Shown here in pieces: positions 25,508-38,400 of a stretch of DNA of 64,000 nt. How positions within the stretch are numbered: position 1 is the stretch's first letter; every line of letters begins with the position of its first letter. This DNA comes from Trichosphaerium sp. ATCC 40318 (lineage: Eukaryota; Protista; Tubulinea). The position numbers and the translations under genes were made by a program. The notes under the pieces are model-generated. The model was not told where the DNA came from, did not search any database, and worked only from the letters and a program-made list of their open reading frames with translations. Location: positions 1 through 64,000 of the forward strand of contig JALMLS010000502.1 in assembly GCA_038496445.1 (NCBI GenBank). Direction: 5' to 3'.

Positions 25508-28035
25508 ATGCCTGTAGTAGTCCTAGCAGGTGGAAGTGGGTTTGTTGGTATGACAGCTTTAAATCAGTAACGCCAATGAAAACAACTGTGTAGGCTCTCG
25601 TTTGGCGTTACTACTACTAAGCAGGGGCGTAGACGTAATTGTAATATCTAGAGGCGTAAAACCGTTACATCCAAGCATTGTACTGCCACAAAGTAACCAC
25701 ATAACTCATTAACCTCAACAGACGCAATCTGTACAGTGCAATCTCGCCAATTCTGATTTTTCGCTTGAACCGCTTCTCAACACCCATGATCTCGCGAACA
25801 TCGATGTACTAGCTGTTATAAACGCTGTAGGCATAAAACAAGAGACCAGTACGTTTATTTAACAAAGTGTCAACGTTGAAATTGTTGACAGCCTTTTGAC
25901 TCACTTTTAAGATACACAGTCATTCAGGGACGTACATGTAGGTGTAACGCAACACCTACTCTTACTCTCAGAAGCTTTAAATGTGAAGACATTCCTTCAG
26001 CTGTCAGTACGTCACGTCATGTGGCGTTATTTTCTATCTGCTTGTTAATAAGTTTCATCTTAATCACTTACACTCCATTTAGGTTTGTTGCAGCAGGTAC
26101 AACTCTAGTAACCACTTTGTCTATAAATTAGTTAATATGATGATAGACAGAGTCCATACTCTTATCATGATAGTAAGTGGCAGGCTGAAAACCTAGTAAA
26201 GGTTAGTGGTTTTTTTAGTTTTAGTCATCTTTCTTGGTTGGCTCAACTTCTTCTTTCCTGAAAGGCTAGCGCTGTACCTCATAAATATATAATGAGGCCC
26301 GGTATTATATACGGAGATGGTGATGATATGTTGCGGAATATCGGTAAGTAGACAAATTGTCTACTCCTTAAAAAGGAACTTTTGTTGTTGACACAAAATT
26401 AGCACGTGGTATCTTACTAGCTCCTATCTGGCCTCAAATATGGACAGGTAGACAAGAACATCGTCCCGTGAATGTATGCGATGTATGCATGGCTATTACA
26501 AAAGTGATTTTACAGGACCAACCATCACAGGACAAGTTTTGTGAAAGTTACACACTTGTCGGTCCAAAGCAAAGTAAGTAAACTTAGCAAACGAAAAACA
26601 CTTCCATATTTTGAAGTCCTTACACGTTGTCTTAGTGACTACAGCTGATTTAATATCAATGACAGCATCTGTGCGCATCGTTAGCTGTCAATTATAGCAT
26701 CTTAATTACGTGGTTAGTCGCTAGGGGTGCCAATATTCCAGATTCCTGTGCCTGTATTCGTTCACAAACTCTTGGCAAAGTCAATGGAGACTATGTTTAC
26801 TGACCCGCTGATTACGTCAGCTCAAATGCAAATGCTATCAGAAGGTACTATTGTGGAACGAACAAAATCATAGTAGTGCGTATGGGTAATATCTATAGGT
26901 ATGAGTGGCGATGATAGTGAAAAGGGTTTTAAGGAGTTGGGTATAGAACCAACAGATCTCACTGTTGATGTTATTCGACAATGCTTACCATCTCCCAAAC
27001 CTTTCTTGAATACAAGTTTACGTATTGTAACTGATAAAGATCATATGGAATGGATGAACAATCATAGGAACCTAACAATAAGAGCATGGCTTATCGCACG
27101 TGCTATTCTTTTTTTTTGGTTGATTGTCAAATACCGCTTATTCTTCGTTGACGCTAATCATCCTTCAGATTATGTTAACACTTTTACTTTCACTTTCATT
27201 ACATGAAGCGATATCAAGTATATGGTGGGCGAATGTAGCACTCCAAATGGTCCTAATACCAATTCATTTAGTGGTACACAAGAGAGTATTTTTATTTATC
27301 TCCTGACCAATCCAAAGGTTTTTCCTTTTCAATGGCGCTCACTGCTGAAACCGGAGTTAAAACATTTTGGGTACCGTTTATTTTTTTTTGACACGTGATT
27401 AAATCTATTAATAGTATCGGTGCTTGTTGTTCGATTGCTTTGTGGGCCGTTGCTCATATCGGTAACTACCTTGTATTATCAAAATCTGATAAGCTTGGTA
27501 CAGAGATAGAAGGTACATAACGAAGGATACTAACAAAGAAGCTCTTTATACATACTGACATTTTGGTTTTTCTACAAAAGGTATTTACTCTTTAAAACAA
27601 GAAGTATCACCACTTGTTGGATTGGCGTTGATTTGTTTTGTCGGACTGGGCGAAGAAATCCAGAGAAGTGCTATCACTCTGAGCTTCGGAGCATCTTACG
27701 GTCACTATATTGGTAACTACGCATACTAGCTTCACTAAAAAAAAGCGAATTTTCTTCGTAAGAAAAGACTTTAAACTTTTTCTCATAGGTATGATTCTAT
27801 CTGCTTTCTTATTTGCCGTGGAAGTGTCAATAATTGTAAAATATAACGTGGCAATTCTAGCTGCATTTATCTTTGGTTTGGCTTGGTACGTATCCACAAT
27901 ACATAGTAATATGTTTAACTTTGTTCATTTTTTGATAGGAGTGCTTTATTCCTTAGAACTAAAAGTGTCTTTGCGTCATTCACGTGTCACGTTGTATGGG
28001 ATTTATTGCTTTTATATGTATTTGCTCTAACATAA
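25508..28035 (+). CDS. NAD(P)-binding SDR/epimerase (NDUFA9-like atypical SDR) fused to a C-terminal CPBP/CAAX-protease-like multi-pass membrane domain
   Basis: SDR part: VVLAGGSGFVG, INAVGI, YHDSKWQAE, IMRPGIIYGDGD. Membrane part: several TM segments with GEEIQRS, AAFIFGLAW, LRTKSVFASFTCHVVWD. Confidence 0.7.
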
Positions 28036-28412
28036 TACAATTAAAAATAAGAAGAGACTCCGCAGTAGTTGTTTTGTTTAACTAGTTTTTTGATACTGAC
28101 AGATAGTCACGGCATTCTGAAAGAAACTCCGTGCCCTAGGTTCATGTGCTACAGAGTGTTGTCACCAATTTACCATGCTCTTTGATGAAAGGAAAAAAAG
28201 ACCTGGAATACTATGCAGTAGCTACGGTATTCTGACTTAAAACATACATTACAACATCAACATAAATCGGCAACTCTTTATCATTATGGCTCAAACACAC
28301 CATTGTACGTCATTACGAAACACCTGTAGAACAAACTCTTTATACTCCTATTTTAAAAGAAATTCAAGCAATGTTCTATTTTTGCGTTTTTAGGCACGTG
28401 ATATAAACCATT

Positions 28413-29387
28413 TTGTATCAAGGTGTTTTGGAAGTTTTGAAGTGCTACAATGTGGTACAGCTGCCATACGATGTTCAAAGAGTTATATGCAGCTACTCCG
28501 CTGAGGTGTTTTCTAAATATCCTTGTCTATCAAAGAAAGCAGCTTTAGCAACACATTATGATGCCGAACTGAAGAAAAACGGAGAATGGTTGACTTGGCA
28601 TGAAAATGGCCGTTTGAAAAAAAAATGTTGGATGAAAAAAGGACTAATTATTGGTTCATACACAGAGTGGTATCCAAGCGGAAAGGTACTGAAACAAGGC
28701 CGCATAAAAGGGAATAATAAGGAAGAATGGAAGACATGGTTCGAGAACGGAGCTATCAACGCACACGTCACAATAAATGACGGCCTAAAAGTAACTCAAA
28801 AATGGCATGAAAATGGAAATAAACACATGCTTTATAGTCAGTTGAATACACAACTTCATGGAGATTTTAAACAATGGCATTCTAATGGATCATTGTTTCT
28901 TTATTGTCAAATGGAACAAGGCATTGAAGTAGGCGACTGGCAAATGTGGCACGACAATGGAAAACCAAATGTTGTTTGTTCAAAAAAAGATGGTATGGAG
29001 TGTGGAGAGTATAGACAATGGTATAGGAATGGACAAATACATGTAAAGTGTAGAATGAATAATGATAGAGTTGAAGGAGAGTACACTGAATGGTACAAGA
29101 ACGGACAACAGAAACTGATCTATTTCATTCAGAACAGTCAAAGGGAGAGGGAATTTAGAAGGTGGCATATCGACCGTCAAAGTGCAAATCCTGAAGAAGG
29201 AACATCTAAGGAGTATGACTACGATGACATACACTTACGCATGTACAGATACACTGAGGATGGTGAATTCAAAGGAGAGTTCAAGGAATGGTATAGAAAC
29301 GGACAGTTGTACAAGCATGGCCATATCGTGGATGGTAAATTCAAGGTGGAAGTGTGGAATGAGTTAGGAAACCTAATTCTCGGATAA
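28413..29387 (+). CDS. MORN-variant (MORN_2/YwqK-like) repeat protein with an N-terminal F-box-like motif; 5' end unresolved
   Basis: About 9-10 repeats of G.(Y/W)..W(Y/H).NGQ in one long exon. LPYDVQRVICSY lies near the N-terminus. Confidence 0.8.
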   Translation: MYQGVLEVLKCYNVVQLPYDVQRVICSYSAEVFSKYPCLSKKAALATHYDAELKKNGEWLTWHENGRLKKKCWMKKGLIIGSYTEWYPSGKVLKQGRIKGNNKEEWKTWFENGAINAHVTINDGLKVTQKWHENGNKHMLYSQLNTQLHGDFKQWHSNGSLFLYCQMEQGIEVGDWQMWHDNGKPNVVCSKKDGMECGEYRQWYRNGQIHVKCRMNNDRVEGEYTEWYKNGQQKLIYFIQNSQREREFRRWHIDRQSANPEEGTSKEYDYDDIHLRMYRYTEDGEFKGEFKEWYRNGQLYKHGHIVDGKFKVEVWNELGNLILG

Positions 29388-29678
29388 CAAGAAACATAGA
29401 CCAAAAAAGGCAACAAACTAAAAAAAAATTCTCAAAAATAAAATTCCGTTCACGTTCAATGTCTGTTATCATCATTCTGACAAGCTGGCGAGCGAGATTG
29501 CCCTCCACTACACCACAGTAGACATGGAGTGATAGAGTAGGATGTGAGAGAAGCGAAAGATCGTCGTGCATGATGAACAAAACCAAGTTCTGTTGTTTGA
29601 GAAAAAACCCATGTCATTTTTTAAATGTGGCACAAGCGCGTATTTAATTAAGGAGATTGTACAATTTTGTTTGATCAT

Positions 29679-30605
29679 TTATTTTAGTGGAGCACCACGG
29701 TTGAGTTTACCGCCGAATTGGAACAATACTCTCTTGTCGAGTGGCTTCAATGTTTGCTTACGTGGTAATGGGAATCTGAGGTCTTGTGTACCCTGCAAAC
29801 AAAGTGTCAAACAAACAACGTCAAAACGCTCAAAAACGAAAAAAAAACAATTTGCGCCAAAAGCGCTGAGAAGCGATTTCAAGCCAGTAAGTTTTACGTA
29901 CAGCAAATTGTATGGTGTTTTCACGACGGCAGTCGGCGAGTTCTAGCTCGCGTACATCGAGAATGTGAATACCTCTAGAGCGTGCTTGATGGTTTGAGGC
30001 CATTTCGGAGTACATCTATAAGCTCTTGTAAGGGTATATTCTCTTCGAGATGCATGTATTTGCGATTTGTGATGGAATTACAATAAAACGTACTTTATCG
30101 ACGGCTTCGCAGCGTGAAAGTGCGCGGTATTCTTTCCACATGTTGTGAGCACCAGTTCTGGACTGGAATCTGATCCATACACCAAAATTTTTGACTTTAC
30201 CAGGTGTTTGTTCAAAAACCTTATGAGAACAAATGAATAACGATCCATGACGCATTGAGCATAGTATTTACGCTTTTATAGTTTTATTACGCACCTCTTC
30301 TTCACTGAGCATCTCTCCGTTCACTTTCTTTACTTTTTTCAGCTTTCTCATGAAGTACCAGAAGCGACTGCGTCCAACAACTATGTTAGGGGCGAAAATG
30401 CGCATCCTGTAGATTTTTGGTTGTGGACTGGTAACAGAAGGTACGAGTCTACCAATAAACTCATACTCGCAGACCTATTTATCCAGTGAGCGTACAGCGC
30501 CAAATGAAGTGAGAAAAATTGCAGAGACTGATCTTTGTTTACAGCTTGTTATCGCGAATTTATCAAAATACGCACACAGTTGGAGAGACCAGTCAATTTA
30601 TCCAT
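29679..30605 (-). CDS. RPL18A: 60S ribosomal protein L18a (eL20)
   Basis: [65 protein letters not shown]. The first exon is approximate. Confidence 0.95.
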
Positions 30606-31516
30606 TGTTAGTGTTCCTAAGGATGATAAAAAACGAAAATGACTGGAAGCGACCAAACTACGAAAATTTTTGGCGGAAAAGCATAACTGGTTTTGACAAG
30701 CTTTGTGCTGCCACAGCGTACCCGTCCGTGTTAGTAAACAATAGATGATGTAGTGACTGTTTCTAACGGCCGTTGAAGTGGATGGTGCGCCTAAAGGAGC
30801 GTAATGTTAGACGAGAAAGTAAAACTTGTAAAAGAATGCCTCAGAATACTATACTTCACCAATATGCGACATGAAGAGTACAAAAAATAATTGGCGTTAC
30901 AGACAGTTTTATTGCTTTCCACTAGCGACGTAGAGTAGCTGGAGCGATGTCGCGTATGTTCTACGTCATTAGTTGCGGTAGTTTGTATTTGCTTGACAGA
31001 GCAGCTTTTAGGCTTTTGGTACGCTCGCCTTACGCTAGTTTGTGCAATTGGGCAAAACAATTTCTTTTCTATTGAACAAAATGCCGTTGCGTTTGTGGCA
31101 CGTAGGTTTGTAACTCTTTGAAGAATGACGCGCCGCAGAAAGCATGGCAAAGCGGCGCAGCACTTTTATTGCCACAATTTTCTGTCATGATGTTTGTCTT
31201 TTATTGTTTCCACGTGATGCTTTGAGAAGATGATATCTGTCACACGCTTCGCTACGATTTGTTCTGCCCATTGGCCACCACGTCACTGTCATCAACACTC
31301 AGTTTAAACTGCTTCGACTCAAACAATTAAATGTGAAAAAAAATGTCAACCTACGAACTCTACGCATTGTCGTTGTACATTTGAGTGTCACGCTAACGGT
31401 TTACAACGACTTGACCCAGCATGACCTTGGTACAAAAATATGTTGGCACAAATTCGCTTATTCTGTACAGCGCTTCCAGTATAGTCATACGCGTTGGTAA
31501 ACACCACAAGTAATTG

Positions 31517-32714
31517 ATGACCGATTTTAAAGGACATTGGGCACCTGACAGCGCGTCTAACTATTGTACAAAGTATGTATGAGTTTTTTCAAAAAAACAA
31601 TCGAATTAACGATCATTATAGGTGTAAGTTAGAGTTCACGAACGTGCGACGAAGGGTACGAAAATGTTTCGTAACTTTACACTAAAAAGCTCATTTTCTC
31701 TGATACATCCAAAACTAATGCCCTCATTAGCATCACTGCAGGTACATTGTATTATTAAGAGCTCATGTCACTCACTGACGTTTTGTACAGATTGTGTGGC
31801 TTGCTGTTTTGTGATGACTGCAGTAATCGCCGAATTGATATAAGAGTATGTAATATCAGAGGAGGTAGAGGCTGTGCGCGGTGTCACATCTTTTTGGTAA
31901 CATGACTTTTTTTGTTGACACTTCCTCTTGCTTATTACCCTCTCAAAGACACGGCATATACCACTTCTAAAGAGGGAATCATCTTTTTCTCGATATGAGG
32001 ATGCTGGGAGAGCGTCATCTGTTAAGGTTTGTATTGTTAATGATCTAACGGAGCTCTCGTATCGTTATCAGAATGATAGCTACCCAAGCAAGTTACCAAT
32101 GTCGTCTTTTATGAGATATGTTGATGGATGTGATAAGAAATGTGGTAATTGGAAAGCAGGATCTCTTTTCTCTTGCTGTGGTGGTGGAGGTGAGTCAAAA
32201 GACTACTTGTTTATTAGCTTTGAATAGTTTTTTTTGAAAAGAGTTGTTTTGGTGGGTCTCCCACGTGACTGGATTTAGATAATGTCGATTATATGCTTTG
32301 CTTTAATTTGTTCTTCTCATCTGAAACACTATCATTGGCATCAACGACACTCGGTGCGAAGGTACTCAAAAAAAATGGGAACAGCAATCCTCTGATTTTG
32401 TGGATTTTTTTTATGTTCGTTCTTTGTTGACGAAGTGTGTTTACAGAGTGATTGGTGCGAAGCTTTTAATGAATTTTTGGAACAGCGTAAAACACCTGGT
32501 GGAAGGGCTTTAATGTACATTGCCGCAAAAGCCAACTTGGCTCTATTTTTTTGCCTTTTTAGTCTTTCTATTAATAATTAACTACAGAGCTTTGTTGGAG
32601 GCTAAGTTCCAAAAGGAGAAAGCTGCAGAGAAAAGGCAGACACAGCAAAAGCGACAAAGGGTGTTGAATAAATATAGTAAGTTACGAAATGATATGAGGA
32701 ACAAATACTCTTGA
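31517..32714 (+). CDS. FYVE zinc-finger protein with a C-terminal TM segment and coiled coil
   Basis: WAPDSASNYCTKCKLEFTNVRRRHHCRLCGLLFCDDC...CARC assembled over very short exons, then LYFFAFLVFLLIINY. Confidence 0.85.
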
Positions 32715-32929
32715 AAGAATAAAAAAAAAGGAGAAATCATGAATTAACAACGAGGTAAAAAACGCCATCAGCAAACAAAATCAAGACGGAAAAATGTACA
32801 TTAAAAAGAAAATAAAATACAATAGTAACACAACCAACTTTCAGACGTTTATTCATCTGAGTCCCCACGTGTCGCTTTGAAAACTGATTTATTTCTTTTT
32901 TTTCTTCTTCTTTTTTTTTTGTTTTATTA

Positions 32930-34781
32930 CTTACATTACATCATCATCTATTATTGCATCTGTACCCGCACTTACAAAAGGTTCAGATACCGTACACTCA
33001 TTTGTCGTTGAATGTGTACGTAGCATTCTGTCTGATTGATCATTTTGCTCTAAAGAACAGCATTAGCAGCCGAAAACAATTACATATCAAAGACATAAAA
33101 AAAAAAAAACAACAACCCATTTGTCATCACGTGTTGCTGACTATCATGGATTCGTACCTTCTTTAAAATTTTGCTCTAAGTATTGTTTTACAAGTTTACA
33201 TGTTGGCCTTCCATTTCTTTGATACTGCCAACAAAGATGAAGCAACTTCATCCACTCCAAAGCAAAAGTAGCACCACTGATATCAGGTGTCTTTCCGCCA
33301 GTTTTAATGTCTTCTTTCAACTGCATCATATCTTCTCCTTCATGAGGTAATGTACAGTAGAGTAATTCCCAAAGCATCACACCAAGAGACCACACCTAAA
33401 CACGAGAAGAAAAAAATCAGAGAAGCAAAAAAAAAACTCTTTGTTCATCAAAATCGCACATCGCTAGCTCTGTTATAATCACCCACAATTGCTTCTGGTG
33501 CCATCCAACTAATCCTCTAGGATTAGTTTATAGTATCTAAGATCTAATTTGACATACGGGATTTCTTGAATTGGACATGTTCCATCAAAAGATCGAACGC
33601 CGTAATCTGTTAATTTTGGTTTATTATCATTACCAACCTACAATCAAAAAAAACGTGTCATTTGAAGACTCATTTTTAAAACTCGTTAATGTGTCTTACC
33701 AGTATATTATTACACTTCAATCGACCATGTATGATGCCATTTGAATGTAAATATTGTAAACCCTCTGTAACAGCTGATAGTAAACCAGTCAACTCTGCAT
33801 TTGAAAACTTTCGTTTCAAAGATGTATAGACAGCACGGAATGATCCTCGGCGATAAAACTTCCACATAAGAGCAGGTTTATACCCTTTAAAACAGAACCC
33901 AATCATCTCAGCAACGTTTATATGTGTTTCCACAGCGAGCAAATGTTGACACTAGACATCAAATTATAACTCTACCATAAGTTGTGTAAAGTACCTCAAC
34001 TTTAAAGGTGTCACGTTGAGCTTGTTTCTTCATTGAAAAGCTGAATTTAATCACAATTTGTTCATGTTTGTATGTTGCCTTGTGGGTTGTTGTAACGTCA
34101 TTGCTTCCTTGATTGAATGAGCATGACATATTCACTTACAAACATATTATACTTGCCTATCTCTTTGTGTATTTCAACGTCTTTTATATCAATCAATGGT
34201 AACTCTGAAGTACTCTCTTCACCGGAATTCTCAATGTTAGCAACACTGAGCGATCCAGGACGCCTGTCAGTATCCATAAGCACTATTCCAGACTTTGACT
34301 TTCGGTTTGTTGTCCGGCAACATGATATACACATAAACGTCGTCAAGCTTGATGCCATAATCATGAAGACAATAGTCATAGGAGCAATGAATGCTAAACG
34401 TTAATTTTGAGTACACGTGACTATAAAAAGCAGAATATATAGTACTTTTTATTGTTTCATCGCTCTCAGACACCTTAATGATATGTGTCGCACCACCAAC
34501 GTTATTGTGACCTAAACAGATTAAATTCTATTTCCTTTATATTTTTCAAGTTGATCTTATTCTAACAAGCTCGGAGCACGTGATGGTAAGGTATTTCCAT
34601 TAAAAAATACGTTTCTGTTGTGTAATAACTTACTCGCTTCATTGTAGATACTCTCCGTGCTGCTTGTGACCATAGTACCTACTATTGTTTATTTACTTCT
34701 AAAAGTACTCAGTGCGTTACCAAATGCTCCATTCGATATCAGTATACACGCGTAGATACATAACAGAAGCCTTGAGTTCAT
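32930..34781 (-). CDS. Single-pass receptor-like TKL pseudokinase
   Basis: Signal peptide MNSRLLLCIYACILIS, TM segment ...TIVFMIMASSLTTFMCISCC, kinase fold with IHGRLKCNNIL, LTDYG, WMAPE, DVWSLGVMLWE. The 3' end is approximate. Confidence 0.8.
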
Positions 34782-35407
34782 TTTAGAAATCACGTGTCTT
34801 ATTAGTGATAGTTATTAAAACAAAGGTCCAAATACACAAAAACAGATCGACTTAAACGTGAGTGCAAAAAAAAAAGGCTCCACTGAGTTGATATAGGGCC
34901 ATAAAGTGTACTACATGCAATCTAGTAACTATTGTGAATCGAACCGTAACTTGTGGGCAACGCGCCAAGTTAGGTTTTTCCAATTGTTATAAAAACCAAC
35001 TGTTACCATGGTATTTAGGTGGATTCTTTGCGTTGGGTACGATCTCTTTGTAAGATAAGGGTTGTGCCGGGTAATACATTTAAAAGTAATCACTTGGTGG
35101 TTTTAGAGCGTTGAATTGCGCTGTACGTAACATGGCGTCGTATTGCGCGTACTAACGACAGAAAATAATAAAATATGTACAGTTTTGGCTACATTTTCGA
35201 ACTTTGCGGTGGAAACCAACGCGCATTACAACAGTGTGCTATTGAGAGTCAAACAGCTGTTCAATGTACTAAACGAATCATTGTTGATCAGCATGCTAAA
35301 ATATGTACTAAACTAGTACTGTACGCGTATATGTGGTGTCTGTACTAATTATAGCCCTTTTACGACTTAAGTGAAGGAACAACTCAGTCCCAACAGTTTG
35401 TGAAAGC

Positions 35408-38400
35408 ATGGCCACAAGTGGGCCGGAACGAAGTGGAGAACAAGAACCTGAGTTGGTTACGGATGTGGCTATACGCAGTCTTGTTGATGTCGAGGCTGAA
35501 TGGACGTACCGGAAAATCTCTTTTATGGGCGTAGTGACCAGTTTCGTTGGAAAACTGAGCGCAGGCGAAGACCTAACGAAAGTTTCGCTTCCAGCGATTC
35601 TAATTCACCCCTTCACCATGTTGGAGGCCGCTGCATACAGGGAGCTTTGTGTTATTCAACTGCTTCTAGACGCTAACAAACATAAAAAATCTACACACGA
35701 CAGATTCTTGAGCGTCCTCAGATGGCTATTGGCGACAACGCGCCAAGAAAAGTACCACAAGAAGCCAACAAACCCAGTATTAGCTGAAACTCACTTTGCG
35801 TGGGTTGACATGCCTGGCTATGGGCGCACCGAATTCATTGGTGAACAGGTCAGTCATCACCCGCCTATCACGGCGCTTATTGCTCGTAACGCCGAGCAAA
35901 ACATCGACATCTGTGGTAATCTGTCTTTTGGCGTTAAATTCGGCCGTAACTCAGTGGGGATCACTACAAATGGACCTGTGGACATTAAGCTGAAAAATTT
36001 TGATGAGGTTTACCATCTAGACAAGTGTCTACCAGATATGATTGTCCGTAAAGTCATCATTGGTACTAAACGTATCGCATGGGAAGGAGAAATAGAGATT
36101 GCGTGTCCTGAGACAGGGTACGGATGGATTTTTTTCAACTTCACAAAAAAAGTGTAAAAAATTGACAACTGTTGTTTTATAGGTACTCAGCGCAAATTAA
36201 ATATCACGAGAAGGGTGCGTAGACGTAGTGTACTTTTTTTTTTTTCCCGAACAACTGGCCTTTTTTTTGACTTTTTTGACGTTGCTGGACGTTGTTTGTC
36301 TCATTTTGAATAGGAAAGACGAATTTTATAACAGGTGTTATTCAGTTACATGGTGATAATAAATATGCTTTTAACGGCCAAGCTGGTAACGCTATCAATT
36401 ACTGGCCTGCATCTGAAGGATTAGATGAGAAAAAAGCAAAGACTATCAAATTGTTGGTTGATGCTTCTAAAGAAAAATTACAATACTTAAAATACGTACC
36501 GGTAAGTGTTTGCAAGTTTACCTGAAGGAAGTTTTTTTTGTTGTCTTTTTTTTGTTTACGTGGCGACTTATTTTCCTTTTTTCTAGCTTGACAAACTTGA
36601 TGATCTCTCATCTATGTTACTATGGCGTTACTTTAATCAACTACTTGTTGATAATGAGATGGCGAAAGCTGATGTTGTACGTGATTAGTCTCAATGTTAG
36701 GACCAAGTTAATGTGGTTTTAATTTTTGTTTTTTTTGTAATAGGAGAAGAAACGGATAGAGTTCGAACAAAGAGAACGTCGCCGAATATTAGACGAAAAA
36801 GGAGGAGAACATGATTTTCAATATTTTGCAAAAGATAACGAAAGTGGTCTCTTTGAATTTAAAGATAATATTACTATTGATAAGGTATGAGAGAAATGAT
36901 CAGAAAATTCTTTTCAGGTTTATGTAGCACAAGAAATTCTCCTTTTTTTTTCTCGCTTGTTTTGCTTCATCAGTAGCTTACTGTGTACCCTTTAGATCTT
37001 ATCACGCGAGAGCAACCCTGTACTCGTCAAACCAGTGTCTCACACTGAATTCCCAGAACATACCGCCAAGCGTCAACCAAAAAAGAAGAAATCAAAGGTA
37101 TCAAAAAAAAAGAACAAAAAGTCGAAGAAGTAATAAGTACTTTATTGCAAATACTCTTAATACACCCATTTTTGTGTCTTTTGAACAAACAATATCCAAC
37201 AATAACTACCATCCTCTACTCCACCCCTTTGTAAAAACAGTAAACAAAAATATTCCTTACCTTAAAACAATTATTTCAAAAAAAAAAAAAAAAAAACATT
37301 GCAGTAAATTTTTTGTGTGCAGCCGGTGGAGTCAATAGATGATGAGCCAGAGAAAGATGCACCAAGGAAAAAAAAGAAGCATACAAATCTAGATGATGAG
37401 GATGCAGGATCAAGTGATGCTGGTCCACCGGAAGGCGGTATGAGCAGTTTTTTTTAAATCATTTTTGATAACTCTTTACAAAAAAATCATTTCAATTTCT
37501 TGCTTTTTTTTTTCTCCCTACCCAGCATAGTATATACTTTATAAGTGAAATAAACTACGTGTTTCTGTGGCGTGGGAGAAAATGCAGGGAACTGTCGGGA
37601 AGGTGTAAAGTCTTCATGTCTTTTTTTTTCTTGATTTGTAGATTTAAAATTGATTTATTTTGGTGTTGAATTTAAGCGCTATTTATTTGTTTTAGTCAAA
37701 ACGTAGCGTAAAAAAAGCTTTTTTTTTTTTTTTTTGGCAAAACGCGTAGCTGACATGTTATTGTAGATGATAAAGAAGATGAAGTGCCTTCACCTAGAAT
37801 TGTTGAGATGTAAATACGCGTATTTTACTCCTATGTGTTTTTTGTTTACTTGTTAAAGTTACTTGTGTAATTTACTTACTTGTTACGTGTAGTGGTGAAG
37901 AGTCTGACGAGGAAATTGACTCAAAAGGCAAAGGAAGTAAAAAAACAGCCAAAAAACAAATGAAACTACAAAAAATCAAATTTCGTCAAAATCAGAAGGA
38001 TCTCCAATCAGCAGCTGCTGATAAACTCAAAGCAGTCCGTAATCAAATAACAGTTGAAGGAGGTGTTGCAAAATCAGGATGGATGAAGTTGAGAGGCACC
38101 ATGAAGCGATGGATTTCAAGATACTTTATTTTGCGTAAAGGTCAGTTAGTTTACTTCAAAGATGAGGCTGCAGCCGCCAGAGGACATTGCCAAGGCATCG
38201 TTTTGCTTCAGTGCGTAGACAAGTTTTTTCTTCCAAGTAGACAAAGGTTTCCTTACGTTTTTCAAACAAGGGGTTGCGTGGTTAGACCAAGACCTTCTAA
38301 GAAAGGTGGTTTCTGCTTTAAAGTATTCAACATGTTCAAGTTTAATGTATACAGTAAGCAAGGTTTAAAAGGAGAAACACTTATTAGAAGTACTCTATTA

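Noticed and set aside
30791-31150. 119-aa ORF upstream of RPL18A
   Set aside because: It has a non-ATG start and no motif, and it lies in the divergent promoter region between RPL18A and the FYVE gene.
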